A stretch of 64,000 bases of DNA, from assembly GCA_965219955.1 (NCBI GenBank), contig OZ244799.1:928001-992000 (forward strand), written 5' to 3'. The DNA comes from a bacterium. GTDB taxonomy: Bacteria; UBA8248. Positions 38,804 through 49,493 of this stretch are shown piece after piece. The notes beneath the pieces are model-generated. The model searched no databases and was not told where the DNA came from. It saw only the letters and a list, made by a program, of their open reading frames with translations. The position numbers and the translations under genes are program-made. Numbering within the stretch: position 1 is the first letter of the stretch; each line of letters starts with the position of its first letter.

Positions 38804-38915
38804 GCGCTTCCGTCCGTTTGCGGACAGTTGCGCCCTGCGCCTTCTGGGTGGTTCGGCCATTGAAAACCATGAAATTCAATGATTTTTCATCCCTGTATGA
38901 GGGGAGATTTTCGAG

Positions 38916-39614
38916 TTGATCACAGGCACGGGTCCATGGATCGAGCGAGTGATGATAAAGCTGGGGCGCGGCTTCGTGGGTCTTCTGGTGCGCCTGTTCA
39001 CGAAAATGAAAATCAGCGGAATGGAAAACATCCCGCCGGGTGGGAACATCCTCTTTTTGAGCAATCATGTCTCCGCCCTCGACGTCCTGGTGATACCCTG
39101 GGCCATCTATACGAAATATCCCGAAGAACTGCTTCGCCAGGCGGGCAAGGAAGAGCTGTTCGACATCCCCGTCGTGGGGTGGATACTGCACAAATGGCGG
39201 GGTTTCCCCATCAAGCGCGGCGGAGCCGACAGGAAATCCATCCGCATGATCGAGGAATACATCAAAGAGGGGAAGGTCATCCTCTACCCGGAGGGGACGC
39301 GGAGCCGCGACGGGAGGCTTCTGCGGGGGAACCGCATGGTGGGCCGGATCGTGAGGAACACCACCCCCACGGTCGTCCCCGTCTCCATCAAGGGGACGGA
39401 CCGTGTGATTCCGGTGGGCAAGACCATACCCCGCCCGGGGACGAGGGTCGAGTTGCGATTCGGCGCGCCGATGGATTTAGACGACGAGTATTCCATCGCC
39501 AACACGAAAGAGGCGAGCCAGAAGATCATCGATCGCGTCATGACGGCGATTGCGGAACTCCAAAACGGGGGAGCCGCCGAAGCCGTTCACAAAAAGGGTG
39601 TTGCGAGTGAGTAG
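38916..39614 (+). CDS. plsC: 1-acyl-sn-glycerol-3-phosphate acyltransferase family
   Basis: NHVSALD and YPEGTRS motifs. Confidence 0.85.
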   Translation: MITGTGPWIERVMIKLGRGFVGLLVRLFTKMKISGMENIPPGGNILFLSNHVSALDVLVIPWAIYTKYPEELLRQAGKEELFDIPVVGWILHKWRGFPIKRGGADRKSIRMIEEYIKEGKVILYPEGTRSRDGRLLRGNRMVGRIVRNTTPTVVPVSIKGTDRVIPVGKTIPRPGTRVELRFGAPMDLDDEYSIANTKEASQKIIDRVMTAIAELQNGGAAEAVHKKGVASE

Positions 39615-40098
39615 GCGACCCTTCTCGAAGCCCAGGCGGTTTGCCTCCATTCTGAAGGAGGTGCGCCGAAAAGAGCCGTGGGGCAGGCGGCTGGCCAGTA
39701 ATTTCGTGTTCCGCATCTGGCCGAGGGCCGTGGGCGAGGGCATCTCCCGGGCGGCGCGGCCGGTATTTCTCAGGAATCGTTGTCTGTATGTGGAAGTCGC
39801 GGACTCGAGCTGGCTGCATGAACTTGAGTTCAGGAAGCAGGATTTGCTCGCGAGAATCAATGAGCACATGGAGGATTCCCGCATCGACGAGATTCGCTTC
39901 AAGTTGTCGGACTCAGGGATCGCGTTCGACCATGATGGCGAGGAGAGTGAATCGGCGCCGTTTTCCCGGGAAGCGACGCCGATTTCCCCGGGCGATGACG
40001 CAGCCATAGAAGACGCCATCACCGATGTGGGGGATGAGCAATTGCGCCGGGCGGCGGAAAAACTCATTCGCCACATTCGGACGCACGGAAACTCCTGA
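39607..40098 (+). CDS. DUF721/DciA family protein
   Basis: W..AVG..I, LYVEVADSSWLHEL, IDEIRF pattern. Confidence 0.75.
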   Translation: MSRRPFSKPRRFASILKEVRRKEPWGRRLASNFVFRIWPRAVGEGISRAARPVFLRNRCLYVEVADSSWLHELEFRKQDLLARINEHMEDSRIDEIRFKLSDSGIAFDHDGEESESAPFSREATPISPGDDAAIEDAITDVGDEQLRRAAEKLIRHIRTHGNS

Positions 40099-40134
40099 TT
40101 ATGATAGTATCTGACTGAAAGTCCGCTGGAGAGG

Positions 40135-41883
40135 TTGCATGTAATGTTGAAATTCTACGGCAAGATGATTTTCCCCCTCATCCTGATCCTGGCGGGATGC
40201 GCGCCCCTGGAGCCCGAGGTGAAGCCCGCCGCGCCTGCGCCCGCCCTCAAGCTGCGCCCGCCTTCAGGCAAAGTCAAGGAAACGTCAAAGTCCTATTTCC
40301 ACTTCATCGCCGGGTACCGCGAAGAGATGGCCGGAAACCTCAAAGAAGCGGAATCGTCTTATTCTCAAGCGGTCAGAAACAACCCGGATTCCTCTTTTTT
40401 GTCGACGCGCCTCGCATCGCTTCTCGTCCGCCGGGGGAAGCTGGACGAGGCCGAAAAATTCGCCCTCAAGGCGACGACGCAGAATGAGAAGAACCTCGAG
40501 GCCCACTTCGTGCTGGGGGGCATCTATGCTTCGCGGACGAAGCTGGAGAAGGCCGTCGCCACCTATACCGAGTTGCTGAAAATGAGCCCCGATCACCAGG
40601 AAACCCGCCTGCTCCTGGGCAGCGTCTACCTGGATCTGGGCAAGTTTGCCGAAGCCGCCGAGACGCTGGAAGTCCTGGTCAAGTCGGGGAAGAGGCCCGT
40701 GCTCGGCAGGTACCATCTGGCGCAGGCCTATGCGGGCTTGAAAAAATACGCCGAGGCGGAGAGGGAAATATTCAAACTCCTGGAGGGACAGCCTGGATTC
40801 ACGCGGGGATTGCTTCTTCTCGCCAGAATCTATGAAGTTCAGGAAAAATTCGACGAGGCGGAAGCGACCTACAAAAAAGCGCAAAAAATCGAACCCGACA
40901 ACCGGCTCATTCGCTCTCGCCTGGGGCAGCTCTATATCCGGAAAAAGAATATGAAGCAGGCTCTGGAGGAGTTCAAAGTGCTCGGCTCGAAGGAGCCCGA
41001 TAACGTGAATGTGCACCGAACCCTCGGCTTTTTGAACTTTGATCAAAGAGAGTACCAGGAGGCGCTTCAGGAATTTCGATTCGTCCTGGCGAGGACCCCG
41101 AAAGACGAAATGGTCCGCAAGTATGTTGCGAGGATTTATGAAGAACTGAAGCAATATGAGCGCGCCGAGGAGGAGCTTCTCGAATTACTGGCGCTGTTTC
41201 CCAAGTCGCTGGACGGACACATCCAACTCGCCTGGTTGTACATCGACCAGAAAAAATGGAAGGAGGCGAGCGGGATTTTGGAGAAAGCCGTAAAACACCA
41301 CCCCGAGCAGGGGCGGGTGCATTATACGCACGGTTTGCTCCTGTCCAGACAAAAGAAATTCGTCGAGGCTCTGCCCTACGTTCAAAGAGCGGTGAAGCTG
41401 GAGCCCGAACGAGAGGGTTATTTGTATTCTCTCGCCTCGGTGTCATATGAATTGAAGCGCTGGGACGACGTGGAAACGGTGACGAGAAAGATCATTCAAA
41501 AGAACCCGAAGCATGCCAACGCCCTGAACCTGCTGGGCTATATGTTCTCCGAGCTGGACAAGAACCTCGATGAGGCGGAAAAACTACTGGATCGCGCCTT
41601 GGCGATCGAGCCGGAAAACGCCGCTTTTCTCGACAGCATCGGGTGGATTTATTATCGCCAGCGCCGCTTTCAGGAAGCGCTCGTGAAAGTGCGGCACGCG
41701 GCGACGAAGATGCCGAAAGACGCCGTGATCCTCGAACACCTGGGCGATATCTTTCTCGCCTTGCACGACCTCGAAAACGCGCTTCTTCACTGGAAACGCG
41801 CCTCCGAGGCGGATCCGGAAAACGAGAAATTGAAGAAAAAGATTCGGACGCATCTCTCCAAACACAAAAAACCCCTCATGTAG
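40135..41883 (+). CDS. Tetratricopeptide-repeat lipoprotein
   Basis: Lipobox LAGC; tandem TPRs; ALNLLGY...DSIGW...EHLGD. Confidence 0.88.
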   Translation: MHVMLKFYGKMIFPLILILAGCAPLEPEVKPAAPAPALKLRPPSGKVKETSKSYFHFIAGYREEMAGNLKEAESSYSQAVRNNPDSSFLSTRLASLLVRRGKLDEAEKFALKATTQNEKNLEAHFVLGGIYASRTKLEKAVATYTELLKMSPDHQETRLLLGSVYLDLGKFAEAAETLEVLVKSGKRPVLGRYHLAQAYAGLKKYAEAEREIFKLLEGQPGFTRGLLLLARIYEVQEKFDEAEATYKKAQKIEPDNRLIRSRLGQLYIRKKNMKQALEEFKVLGSKEPDNVNVHRTLGFLNFDQREYQEALQEFRFVLARTPKDEMVRKYVARIYEELKQYERAEEELLELLALFPKSLDGHIQLAWLYIDQKKWKEASGILEKAVKHHPEQGRVHYTHGLLLSRQKKFVEALPYVQRAVKLEPEREGYLYSLASVSYELKRWDDVETVTRKIIQKNPKHANALNLLGYMFSELDKNLDEAEKLLDRALAIEPENAAFLDSIGWIYYRQRRFQEALVKVRHAATKMPKDAVILEHLGDIFLALHDLENALLHWKRASEADPENEKLKKKIRTHLSKHKKPLM

Positions 41884-41968
41884 GGATATCCGTTCTTTGA
41901 GCAGTTGGCTGCGCCCGTTGACTCTCGCCCGGAATTTCCAGACTTCTCTCACCGGGGACTTTTGATTT

Positions 41969-42808
41969 TTGCGAGCTTTGCGTCTTTGTCTGGCATTTTT
42001 ATGTTGCGCCCTGGCCGGTTGCGCGCTCTTTCAGACCCGGCAAGCCGGGGAAGTCCCGCCCCGCGACGCGTCACCGGCGGAAATTATCGCCGAACTCAAA
42101 GCGAGGCGATCTCCCCGCGCGTACCGGGGCGCCGTATCCATGCAGCTGCGGTTTCACGGCAACCGGGCGGGAGCGGGAGTCACGAACCCCCTGGTTCCCC
42201 AGGGTTCGTTTTCCGGCCATGCGGCGCTCGTGCTGCGCGAACCCGACTCGCTGCGAATCGAACCCCTCTCCCCGTTCGGGACGCCCCTGGTCGTCGTCGT
42301 CGCGCAAGGCGCCTCGTTCCGCGCCTATTCTCCCTCCCGGAACACGGTATACATGGGCAGGACGAACAGGCAGGGAATCGAGCGGATTTTGGGAATTCCG
42401 CTGAACAGCGAAATTGTCATCAAGCTGTTGCTGGGAGATTGGGCCGCTGTGCTGGGGGGCGAGGAAAACCTGGATCTGAAGAAATCGGGCTCCGTCTACC
42501 TGCTGGAGACGAGGAGGGAATCCGGAGGAGTGGCCTCGGGTTTCGCCGAATTGGAGCCGCGCGGTTTGCATCCGGTGAAAATGGGTATCCGCACGCAGCG
42601 GGGAACGATTGCGGTTCGCTATGGCGGCTTTGTCAAAAACGGGGGCGTGTGGCGGCCGGCGCAGGTGGAGATTCTGGGGCCTGGCGGGAAGAACCGGCTC
42701 CACATCTCCTATCCCGCGGATGAGGGCGCGGGGAAGGCGGCGCTTCCGGACGAACTGTTCCGCCTGGAGCCGCCCCGGGGCGCCAGAACGCTGTGGCTGG
42801 GAGGATAA
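41969..42808 (+). CDS. LolB-like/DUF4292 lipoprotein
   Basis: Lipobox LAGC; LRIEPLSPFG motif; position between the TPR gene and ispE. Confidence 0.65.
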   Translation: MRALRLCLAFLCCALAGCALFQTRQAGEVPPRDASPAEIIAELKARRSPRAYRGAVSMQLRFHGNRAGAGVTNPLVPQGSFSGHAALVLREPDSLRIEPLSPFGTPLVVVVAQGASFRAYSPSRNTVYMGRTNRQGIERILGIPLNSEIVIKLLLGDWAAVLGGEENLDLKKSGSVYLLETRRESGGVASGFAELEPRGLHPVKMGIRTQRGTIAVRYGGFVKNGGVWRPAQVEILGPGGKNRLHISYPADEGAGKAALPDELFRLEPPRGARTLWLGG

Positions 42809-42816
42809 GCCGTCTC

Positions 42817-43704
42817 ATGAGCGGTAAAGACGTTTCCGGACCCGTGGTTTTGAAGACGCCTGCGAAGCTCAACCTGTGCCTGAGGATTCTGGGTCTGCGC
42901 GCCGACGGCTATCACGAACTCATCACGTGGATGCAGCAGATATCGCTGTACGATGAGGTTCGAATCGAGCCGGGCGGCAAGAGGATTCTCGTTTATGCGG
43001 ATCGGGATGATGTTCCCGGCGGCAGGGAGAACATCGTGCATCGCGCGGCGAGGGCCTTGAGAGCGGCATCGGGGCGCAAAGGACTCGGCGCGCGCATCCA
43101 TCTGAAGAAGAACATCCCCGCGGGCGGGGGTCTGGGCGGGGGGAGTGGCAACGCGGCGGGAGCGCTCTGGGCGCTGAATCGGGCCTGGGGCCTCGGGATG
43201 CGCAAGGCGGAACTCTGCGAAGTGGCCGCGCGGGTCGGTTCGGACGTTCCGTTCTTTCTCCATGGGCCGGCGGCGGTGTGCCGGGGGCGGGGCGAGCGAG
43301 TCGAGGCGAAAGAAGCCCTGAAGAGCGGCTGGTTCCTGCTGGTCAAGCCGCCCGTGGCCTTATCCACGCAGGACGTCTATGGCTGGTCTCGTCAAAAACT
43401 GGGCCGGGAAGAACAGAATGACGAAGGGAAAAACGGCCCGGCGCGTCTCGGGCGGTATGAATACGGCAATGATTTGCAGGAAATCGTTTTTCCAAGATTT
43501 CCGGAACTTGAGAGCCTGTGCGGCGTGCTCGTTCGACATGGCGCCGCAAGGGCGATGATGAGCGGCAGCGGTTCGACGGTTTTCGGTATTTTTCGCCGAA
43601 AAGGGGAGGCCGAGCGGGCGGCGATCCGTATCAGGAAAAGCGAAAAGGGAAAGGAATGCGAATGTTTTCTCGCGGCCCCACTCCAGGAGATGTGTTTTCA
43701 ATAA
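42817..43704 (+). CDS. ispE: 4-diphosphocytidyl-2-C-methyl-D-erythritol kinase
   Basis: PAKLNL, DGYHEL, GGLGGGSGNAA, GSDVPFF, MSGSG. Confidence 0.96.
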   Translation: MSGKDVSGPVVLKTPAKLNLCLRILGLRADGYHELITWMQQISLYDEVRIEPGGKRILVYADRDDVPGGRENIVHRAARALRAASGRKGLGARIHLKKNIPAGGGLGGGSGNAAGALWALNRAWGLGMRKAELCEVAARVGSDVPFFLHGPAAVCRGRGERVEAKEALKSGWFLLVKPPVALSTQDVYGWSRQKLGREEQNDEGKNGPARLGRYEYGNDLQEIVFPRFPELESLCGVLVRHGAARAMMSGSGSTVFGIFRRKGEAERAAIRIRKSEKGKECECFLAAPLQEMCFQ

Positions 43705-43848
43705 AAAAAATCGAAAAAAGGGGTAAAAGTTCTAAAAAAATGGGAAATGGAGGGAATTTCGCCTCTCGCCACTTGCCTCCGCCTGGAAAATCAAGTATCA
43801 AAAATCGCCCTATGTGATTGAATGAACAATACCATGTGAGCAGGAACG

Positions 43849-44793
43849 GTGAACGGACATCAGCTAAAGGTATTTGGCGGGCGCTCGAATCCGGCTCTGA
43901 ACCAGAGTATTTTTGATTCGTTGTACATCCGGCCCGGCTCGGTTGAAATCATCGATTTCAGCGATGGAGAAACGTTTGTCCGAATCAACGAGAACATCCG
44001 GGGCGCGGACGTATTCGCCGTGCAGAGCCTTTGCACCCCCGGCAATGCGAATCTGATGGAAATGCTCATCATGCTCGATGCGTTCCGGCGCTCATCCGCC
44101 GAGCGCATCACCGCGGTGATTCCCTATTTCGCATACGCCCGCCAGGACCGGAAGGTGCAGCCCAGGGTGCCGATTACCGCGAAACTCGTCGCCAACCTGC
44201 TGGCCGCCTCGGGTGCGGACAGGGTCATCGCCATGGATTTGCATGCGGGCCAGATACAGGGGTTTTTCGATATCCCCGTGGACCATCTGTACTCGGCGCC
44301 CATCATGATAGAGTATTTCAAGAAGAAGGAATTGAAGGATTTGGTGGTCGTATCGCCCGACGCCGGAGGCGTGGAGAGAGCCCGGGACTACGCGCGAAGG
44401 CTGAACGCGGGCCTGGGCATCATCGACAAGCGGCGCGAGCGGGCGAACCACTCGGAAGTGATGAACATCATCGGCGACGTGAAAGGATGCGACGTTCTGG
44501 TCGTGGATGATCTTTGCGATACGGCGGGCACCATAAGCCAGGGCGCCGATGCGCTCATGGCGGCCGGCGCGCGGCAGGTATACGCATGCTGCACGCACGC
44601 GGTGTTGTCGGGTCCGGCGGTGGAGAGAATCGAGAAATCGGGCATCGTCGAATTCGTCGTGAGTGATTCGATACCGCTTTCGGATAAAGCGAGAGGCTGC
44701 TCTCGCATTCAGGTCCTGGAGGTGGGGAGGCTTCTGGCCGAGGCGATCCGGCGGATCCACGAGAATGCTTCCGTGAGCAGCTTGTTCGAATAA
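43849..44793 (+). CDS. prs: Ribose-phosphate pyrophosphokinase
   Basis: FSDGE, YARQDRK, DLHAGQIQGFF, VVSPDAGG, DDLCDTAGT. Confidence 0.98.
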   Translation: MNGHQLKVFGGRSNPALNQSIFDSLYIRPGSVEIIDFSDGETFVRINENIRGADVFAVQSLCTPGNANLMEMLIMLDAFRRSSAERITAVIPYFAYARQDRKVQPRVPITAKLVANLLAASGADRVIAMDLHAGQIQGFFDIPVDHLYSAPIMIEYFKKKELKDLVVVSPDAGGVERARDYARRLNAGLGIIDKRRERANHSEVMNIIGDVKGCDVLVVDDLCDTAGTISQGADALMAAGARQVYACCTHAVLSGPAVERIEKSGIVEFVVSDSIPLSDKARGCSRIQVLEVGRLLAEAIRRIHENASVSSLFE

Positions 44794-44826
44794 CTATTCT
44801 GGTCGACGGCATATCTGGAGCGAAAA

Positions 44827-45504
44827 ATGGAAAATTTATCACTCTCGGTGGATAAGAGAGCACTAACGGGAAAAAGTGGCGCCCGTGCGGTGAGAAGAGC
44901 CGGCAGCATACCGGGCGTCGTGTACGGGATAAAGGATTCTACGCCTTTGGCCATTCCGCCACAGGAACTGGAGGCCCTGCTCGGCACGAGGGCCGGCGCC
45001 AACGTCGTATTCCAGCTCAACGTGGAGGGGGAAACCGCCTCGGAGCGTCCGGTTATCGTAAAGGAGCTTCAGCGCGACCCGATGAGGGGCGACATCATCC
45101 ATGCGGATTTTCTGGAAATCCGGATGGACGAGAAGATAGAGATCGCCGTGCCTCTCTCCCTGTCGGGTGAATCGCCCGGAGAGAAAATGGGCGGAACGAT
45201 TTCTCAACTGCTGCGCGAACTGGAGGTATCCTGTCTGCCGAACGCCATCCCGGAACAGATCGAGGTCGATATTTCGGAGGTGGAAATTGGCGACGTTCTC
45301 CACGTGCGCGATCTGCAAATTCCCGCAGGCGTTGAGCTGGTGGCCGACCCCGATGATCCCGTCATGACGGTAATCGTTCCTGTGGAAGAGGAAGAAGAAG
45401 TGGAAGAGGATGAATTGCTTGTCGGCGAAGCCGAAGGAGAAGAAGGGGCGGAGGCCGAGGCTTCAGACGATGAAGGGGACAAGCCGGCTGATTCTTCCGA
45501 CTGA
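44827..45504 (+). CDS. rplY: 50S ribosomal protein L25/Ctc
   Basis: IPGVVYG, QRDP, HADF; acidic tail. Confidence 0.95.
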   Translation: MENLSLSVDKRALTGKSGARAVRRAGSIPGVVYGIKDSTPLAIPPQELEALLGTRAGANVVFQLNVEGETASERPVIVKELQRDPMRGDIIHADFLEIRMDEKIEIAVPLSLSGESPGEKMGGTISQLLRELEVSCLPNAIPEQIEVDISEVEIGDVLHVRDLQIPAGVELVADPDDPVMTVIVPVEEEEEVEEDELLVGEAEGEEGAEAEASDDEGDKPADSSD

Positions 45505-45549
45505 TGGTTCTTCTTGCAGGGAGCCGGTGAAAATGAAACCGGGATTCGA

Positions 45550-46095
45550 ATGGCTGCTGCTGTCTTGATCGTCGGTCTTGGCAATCCCGGGATAGAGTAT
45601 GCGTTGACGAGGCACAACCTGGGGTTCTGGGCGGTGGATAGAATGGCCCGCGCCCATCGCGTATCGATGAATGATACGAAATACCATTCCGTCCTGGGAA
45701 GCGGGTCGCTCAGGGGCTGGAAATTCATGCTCGCGAAGCCGCAGACGTATATGAATTTGAGCGGCAAGGCGGTGCGGGCGCTCCTGCTTGGGGAAGGGCT
45801 GGCGCCTGAGCAACTGCTTGTGATGCACGACGACATGGATATCGAACTCGGTCGTGTGAAGTACAAGAAATCGGGTGGAGACGCGGGCCATCACGGCATC
45901 GGCAGCATCATCCACTCATTGGGAACGGACGCGTTTTCTCGTCTGCGCATCGGGGTGGGCAGACAGCCGGGTGGAGTGAACGGCGCGGATTGGTTGTTGG
46001 ATTCTTTTCTCGATCATGAACTCGAAGCAGTGGAACCTGCTGTTGATGAGGCGGTGAGGCGGGCGTTTGATTTTGTTGTCGGCAATAGACCCTGA
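45550..46095 (+). CDS. pth: Peptidyl-tRNA hydrolase
   Basis: VGLGNPG, TRHNLGF, KPQTYMNLSG, HDD, RLRIGVG. Confidence 0.96.
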   Translation: MAAAVLIVGLGNPGIEYALTRHNLGFWAVDRMARAHRVSMNDTKYHSVLGSGSLRGWKFMLAKPQTYMNLSGKAVRALLLGEGLAPEQLLVMHDDMDIELGRVKYKKSGGDAGHHGIGSIIHSLGTDAFSRLRIGVGRQPGGVNGADWLLDSFLDHELEAVEPAVDEAVRRAFDFVVGNRP

Positions 46096-46176
46096 ATCCG
46101 TCTTTTTCATTGCAAAATGCAAGTCCATCTTAATACCTCTCGCTAAACAGCCCGTGAGGAGGAGGAAAGGAAGATA

Positions 46177-48174
46177 ATGGTTGCTTTCTCAAACATGGCC
46201 GCAGTCTTCGGGATTGCGGGATTGGTTCTGGCGGCGGCGATTTACAGTTGGATTTCCAAACAATCCGACGGCAACGATCTGATGCGGAAACTCGCCGGCC
46301 AGATTCATGAAGGCGCAATGGTGTTCCTGAAAAGGGAATACAAGATTCTCGCGATTTTCGTTGTGGTCGTCTTCGTGCTTCTGAGCGTCGCCATATCCGC
46401 GAAAACGGGTATCGCCTTCATCGTCGGCGCCATCTGCTCGGTCCTCGCCGGATTTTTCGGCATGAACGCGGCCACGAAGGCGAACGTGAGAACGGCGGCG
46501 GCGGCGAATTCGGGCGGTGGTCAGGCGGGCGCGCTTTCCATGGCGTTCTTCGGCGGAACCGTCATGGGTCTTTCCGTCGCGAGCCTGGGGCTTTTGGGCG
46601 TGGGCGTGTTGTTCTGGTATTTCGACGTGCTGGGGAACGCGGCGAACGTGACCATCATCAGCGGCTTCTCGATGGGGGCGAGCTCCATCGCGCTGTTTGC
46701 GCGTGTGGGCGGCGGCATTTTCACGAAAACGGCGGACGTGGGCGCGGACCTCGTCGGCAAGGTGGAGGCGAACATTCCCGAGGACGATCCGAGGAATCCC
46801 GCCGTCATCGCCGACAACGTGGGCGATTGCGTGGGCGACGTCGCCGGCATGGGCGCCGACCTGTTCGAATCCTACGTCGGCGCCATCATCTCGACGATAT
46901 TCATCGGCTCGACCATCGGCGTCACCCTGGGCGCGAACAGCGCGGCGGCGATGGCGCTGCCCCTGCTGCTCGCCATGATGGGTCTCATCGCCTCCTCGGT
47001 AGGCATCGCCTCGATGAAGGTGCTGGCCTCGAAAAACCCGGCCGTCGCCCTCAGGAGCGCCACCGGAATCGCGACGGTCATATTCATCATCCTGGCTTTT
47101 TTCGTCACCAGCACGCTGGGCCTGAATAACGGCGTGTTCGGCTCGGTTCTCTTCGGCGCGGCGGGTGGCGTCCTCATCGGCTGGCTCACCGAGTATTACA
47201 CCGGAACGGGCGGAAAGCCCGTCGGCGAAATCGTCGCCGCATCCGAGACCGGCGTGGCGACGAACATCATCGGCGGCTTCGCCGTGGGTCTCGAGAGCGT
47301 GTGCGCTCCCCTGCTCGTATTGGCGGTGATTACCCTGGTTTCGAACGGCTGGGCGGGGCTCTACGGCATTTCCATCGCCGCAGTCGGAATGCTGGCGACC
47401 ATCGGCATCACGATGTCGGTCGATGCGTATGGCCCGATTGCCGACAACGCGGGCGGGATCACGGAAATGAGCGAGTTGGGGCCGGAGACGCGGAAGATCA
47501 CCGACGGCCTCGACGCGCTGGGCAACACCACGGCGGCCATCGGCAAGGGATTCGCCATCGGCTCCGCCGCCCTGACGGCGCTGGCTTTTTACGCCGCGTA
47601 CACGAAAGCGGCCGACCTGCAGCAGATCAACCTCACCGAGGCGAAGGTGGTGGCCGGCATGTTCATCGGCGGGGCGATTCCGTTCCTCATCGGAGCGCTC
47701 ACCATGAAATCCGTCGGCAAGGCCGCCTTCATCATGATCCAGGAGATCAGGCGTCAGTTCCGCGAGATTCCCGGCATCATGGAGGGAACGGCGGACCCCG
47801 ACAGCGCGCGCTGCGTCGACATCAGCACCCAGGCCGCTCTCAAGGAGATGGTCCTCCCCGGCGTTGTGGCCGTGGTCGCGCCCATCGTGGTGGGCTATCT
47901 GATGGGCAAGGAAGCGCTTGGCGGCATGCTCGCCGGCGCTCTGCTCTCGGGCGTTCTCGTCGCCTTGCTGATGGCGAACGCGGGCGGCGCCTGGGATAAC
48001 GCGAAAAAAGAGATAGAAGACGGCAAGCTCGGCGGCAAGGGCTCCGAGGCCCACAAGGCGGCGGTCGTGGGCGATACGGTGGGAGACCCGATGAAGGATA
48101 CCTCGGGCCCCTCGATGAACATCCTGATCAAGTTGATGTCCATCGTCTCCCTCGTGTTGGCGCCGCTGTTCTAG
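46177..48174 (+). CDS. hppA: Membrane-integral pyrophosphatase, K+-dependent (probably Na+-translocating)
   Basis: [34 protein letters not shown] (Ala = K+-dependent type), GDTVGDP.KD. Confidence 0.93.
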   Translation: MVAFSNMAAVFGIAGLVLAAAIYSWISKQSDGNDLMRKLAGQIHEGAMVFLKREYKILAIFVVVVFVLLSVAISAKTGIAFIVGAICSVLAGFFGMNAATKANVRTAAAANSGGGQAGALSMAFFGGTVMGLSVASLGLLGVGVLFWYFDVLGNAANVTIISGFSMGASSIALFARVGGGIFTKTADVGADLVGKVEANIPEDDPRNPAVIADNVGDCVGDVAGMGADLFESYVGAIISTIFIGSTIGVTLGANSAAAMALPLLLAMMGLIASSVGIASMKVLASKNPAVALRSATGIATVIFIILAFFVTSTLGLNNGVFGSVLFGAAGGVLIGWLTEYYTGTGGKPVGEIVAASETGVATNIIGGFAVGLESVCAPLLVLAVITLVSNGWAGLYGISIAAVGMLATIGITMSVDAYGPIADNAGGITEMSELGPETRKITDGLDALGNTTAAIGKGFAIGSAALTALAFYAAYTKAADLQQINLTEAKVVAGMFIGGAIPFLIGALTMKSVGKAAFIMIQEIRRQFREIPGIMEGTADPDSARCVDISTQAALKEMVLPGVVAVVAPIVVGYLMGKEALGGMLAGALLSGVLVALLMANAGGAWDNAKKEIEDGKLGGKGSEAHKAAVVGDTVGDPMKDTSGPSMNILIKLMSIVSLVLAPLF

Positions 48175-48273
48175 TGAAAGCGGGGGTCTGAAGCGAAGTA
48201 AAAAATTTTGAGGCGTCTTTTGAGACGCTATGGCCTGCCGGGGGCAAGTGTGCTAACCTCCGGCCATTATTGG

Positions 48274-48322
48274 CTCCTCGCTCCGGTCGACACGGGCCGG
48301 GGCCGCTCAGTCCGGGAGGAGG
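48274..48322 (+). promoter_or_regulatory. S6:S18 ribosomal protein leader (CCG motif)
   Basis: CTCCT pairs with the SD AGGAG; inner hairpin 48280-48303; CCG at 48303-48305, directly upstream of rpsF. Confidence 0.65.
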
Positions 48323-48327
48323 ACGAG

Positions 48328-48732
48328 ATGAGACAGTACGAAACGATGGTTTTGCTGTCCCCCGAACTCACCGACGAAGCCGTGGACGAGAAGATCGCCG
48401 GTTTCGAAAAAAAGGTGACCGAGGGGGGCGGAGAAGTTCTGAACGTGGATCGATGGGGCAAGAAGCGCCTCGCCTATCCCATCAACCGCCAGCGTCACGG
48501 CATCTACTTCATCGTCACATATCATTCGGAATCGGAAGTCGTGGCGGACATCGAGCGCGATATGCGCATCGATGAAGAGACGTGGCGCTACATGACGGTG
48601 CGGATGGATGAAGCCCTCCTGAGAAAGCTCGAGAAAAACGCAAAAAGCGCTGCCGCCAGGGAAAGAGAGGGGGATTCCGAGGGTGGTGATTCTCCACGCC
48701 GGCCCGCGACCGCCTCTTCGAGCGATTCGTAA
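48328..48732 (+). CDS. rpsF: 30S ribosomal protein S6
   Basis: MRQYE, WGKKRLAYPI. Confidence 0.96.
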   Translation: MRQYETMVLLSPELTDEAVDEKIAGFEKKVTEGGGEVLNVDRWGKKRLAYPINRQRHGIYFIVTYHSESEVVADIERDMRIDEETWRYMTVRMDEALLRKLEKNAKSAAAREREGDSEGGDSPRRPATASSSDS

Positions 48733-48749
48733 ATCGTGGGGGTATCGTT

Positions 48750-49172
48750 ATGGCTCAGATGAATTCCGTTTATCTTCGAGGCAACATGACGCGCGATCCG
48801 GAAAAACGGTTTCTGCCTTCCGGGAATTCCGTGGTTTCTTTCGGGTTCGCGGTCAACCGGCGGTATCGCAGCGGAGAAGAGTGGAAAGAAGACACGTGCT
48901 TCGTGGACGTCGTAGTCTACGGACGCCAGGGCGACTGGGTGATGGAGCAGACGGGCAAGGGCAGCCCGCTCGTGGTGGAAGGGCGCTTGAGTTTCCGTTC
49001 CTGGGAAGCGCAGGACGGTTCGAGGCGCAGCAAGCACGAGGTGGTGGCGCAAAACGTCCATTTCCTGACCACCCGGGGCGAAACGACGGGAGGCGGCGGG
49101 TCGAGGAGCACGGAATCCTACGCGCCGCCGCCGCAGGACTCGCCCATGACGGATGACGACATCCCGTTTTGA
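48750..49172 (+). CDS. ssb: Single-stranded DNA-binding protein
   Basis: GNMTRDPE, VEGRL, C-terminal DDIPF. Confidence 0.97.
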   Translation: MAQMNSVYLRGNMTRDPEKRFLPSGNSVVSFGFAVNRRYRSGEEWKEDTCFVDVVVYGRQGDWVMEQTGKGSPLVVEGRLSFRSWEAQDGSRRSKHEVVAQNVHFLTTRGETTGGGGSRSTESYAPPPQDSPMTDDDIPF

Positions 49173-49207
49173 CATCGAAAATTGTTGATCAGCTTTAGGA
49201 GACAGAT

Positions 49208-49477
49208 ATGGCGCTTGTTCCCCGTGGATTCGGCGATAAGAAGAGAAAGAGAAAAAAGCGTTTTCAGCGAAAGAAGATATGCCGCTTCTCGGCGGACGGC
49301 GTGGCGTATATCGACTACAAGGACGTGAAAACGCTTCGGAACATGGTGAGTGAGCGGGGCAAAATCATTCCCCGCCGCGTGACCGGCACCTCCGCCCGCT
49401 TTCAGCGGCAGTTGACGACGGCGATTAAGCGCGCCCGCTACATGGCGTTGATGCCCTATACCGTAGACCATTCATAG
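49208..49477 (+). CDS. rpsR: 30S ribosomal protein S18
   Basis: [21 protein letters not shown]. Confidence 0.97.
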   Translation: MALVPRGFGDKKRKRKKRFQRKKICRFSADGVAYIDYKDVKTLRNMVSERGKIIPRRVTGTSARFQRQLTTAIKRARYMALMPYTVDHS

Positions 49478-49493
49478 TCGGAGATTCTGAACG

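Noticed and set aside
43704-43849. Expected tRNA between ispE and prs
   Set aside because: No cloverleaf, no TTC-containing T-loop and no acceptor stem visible.
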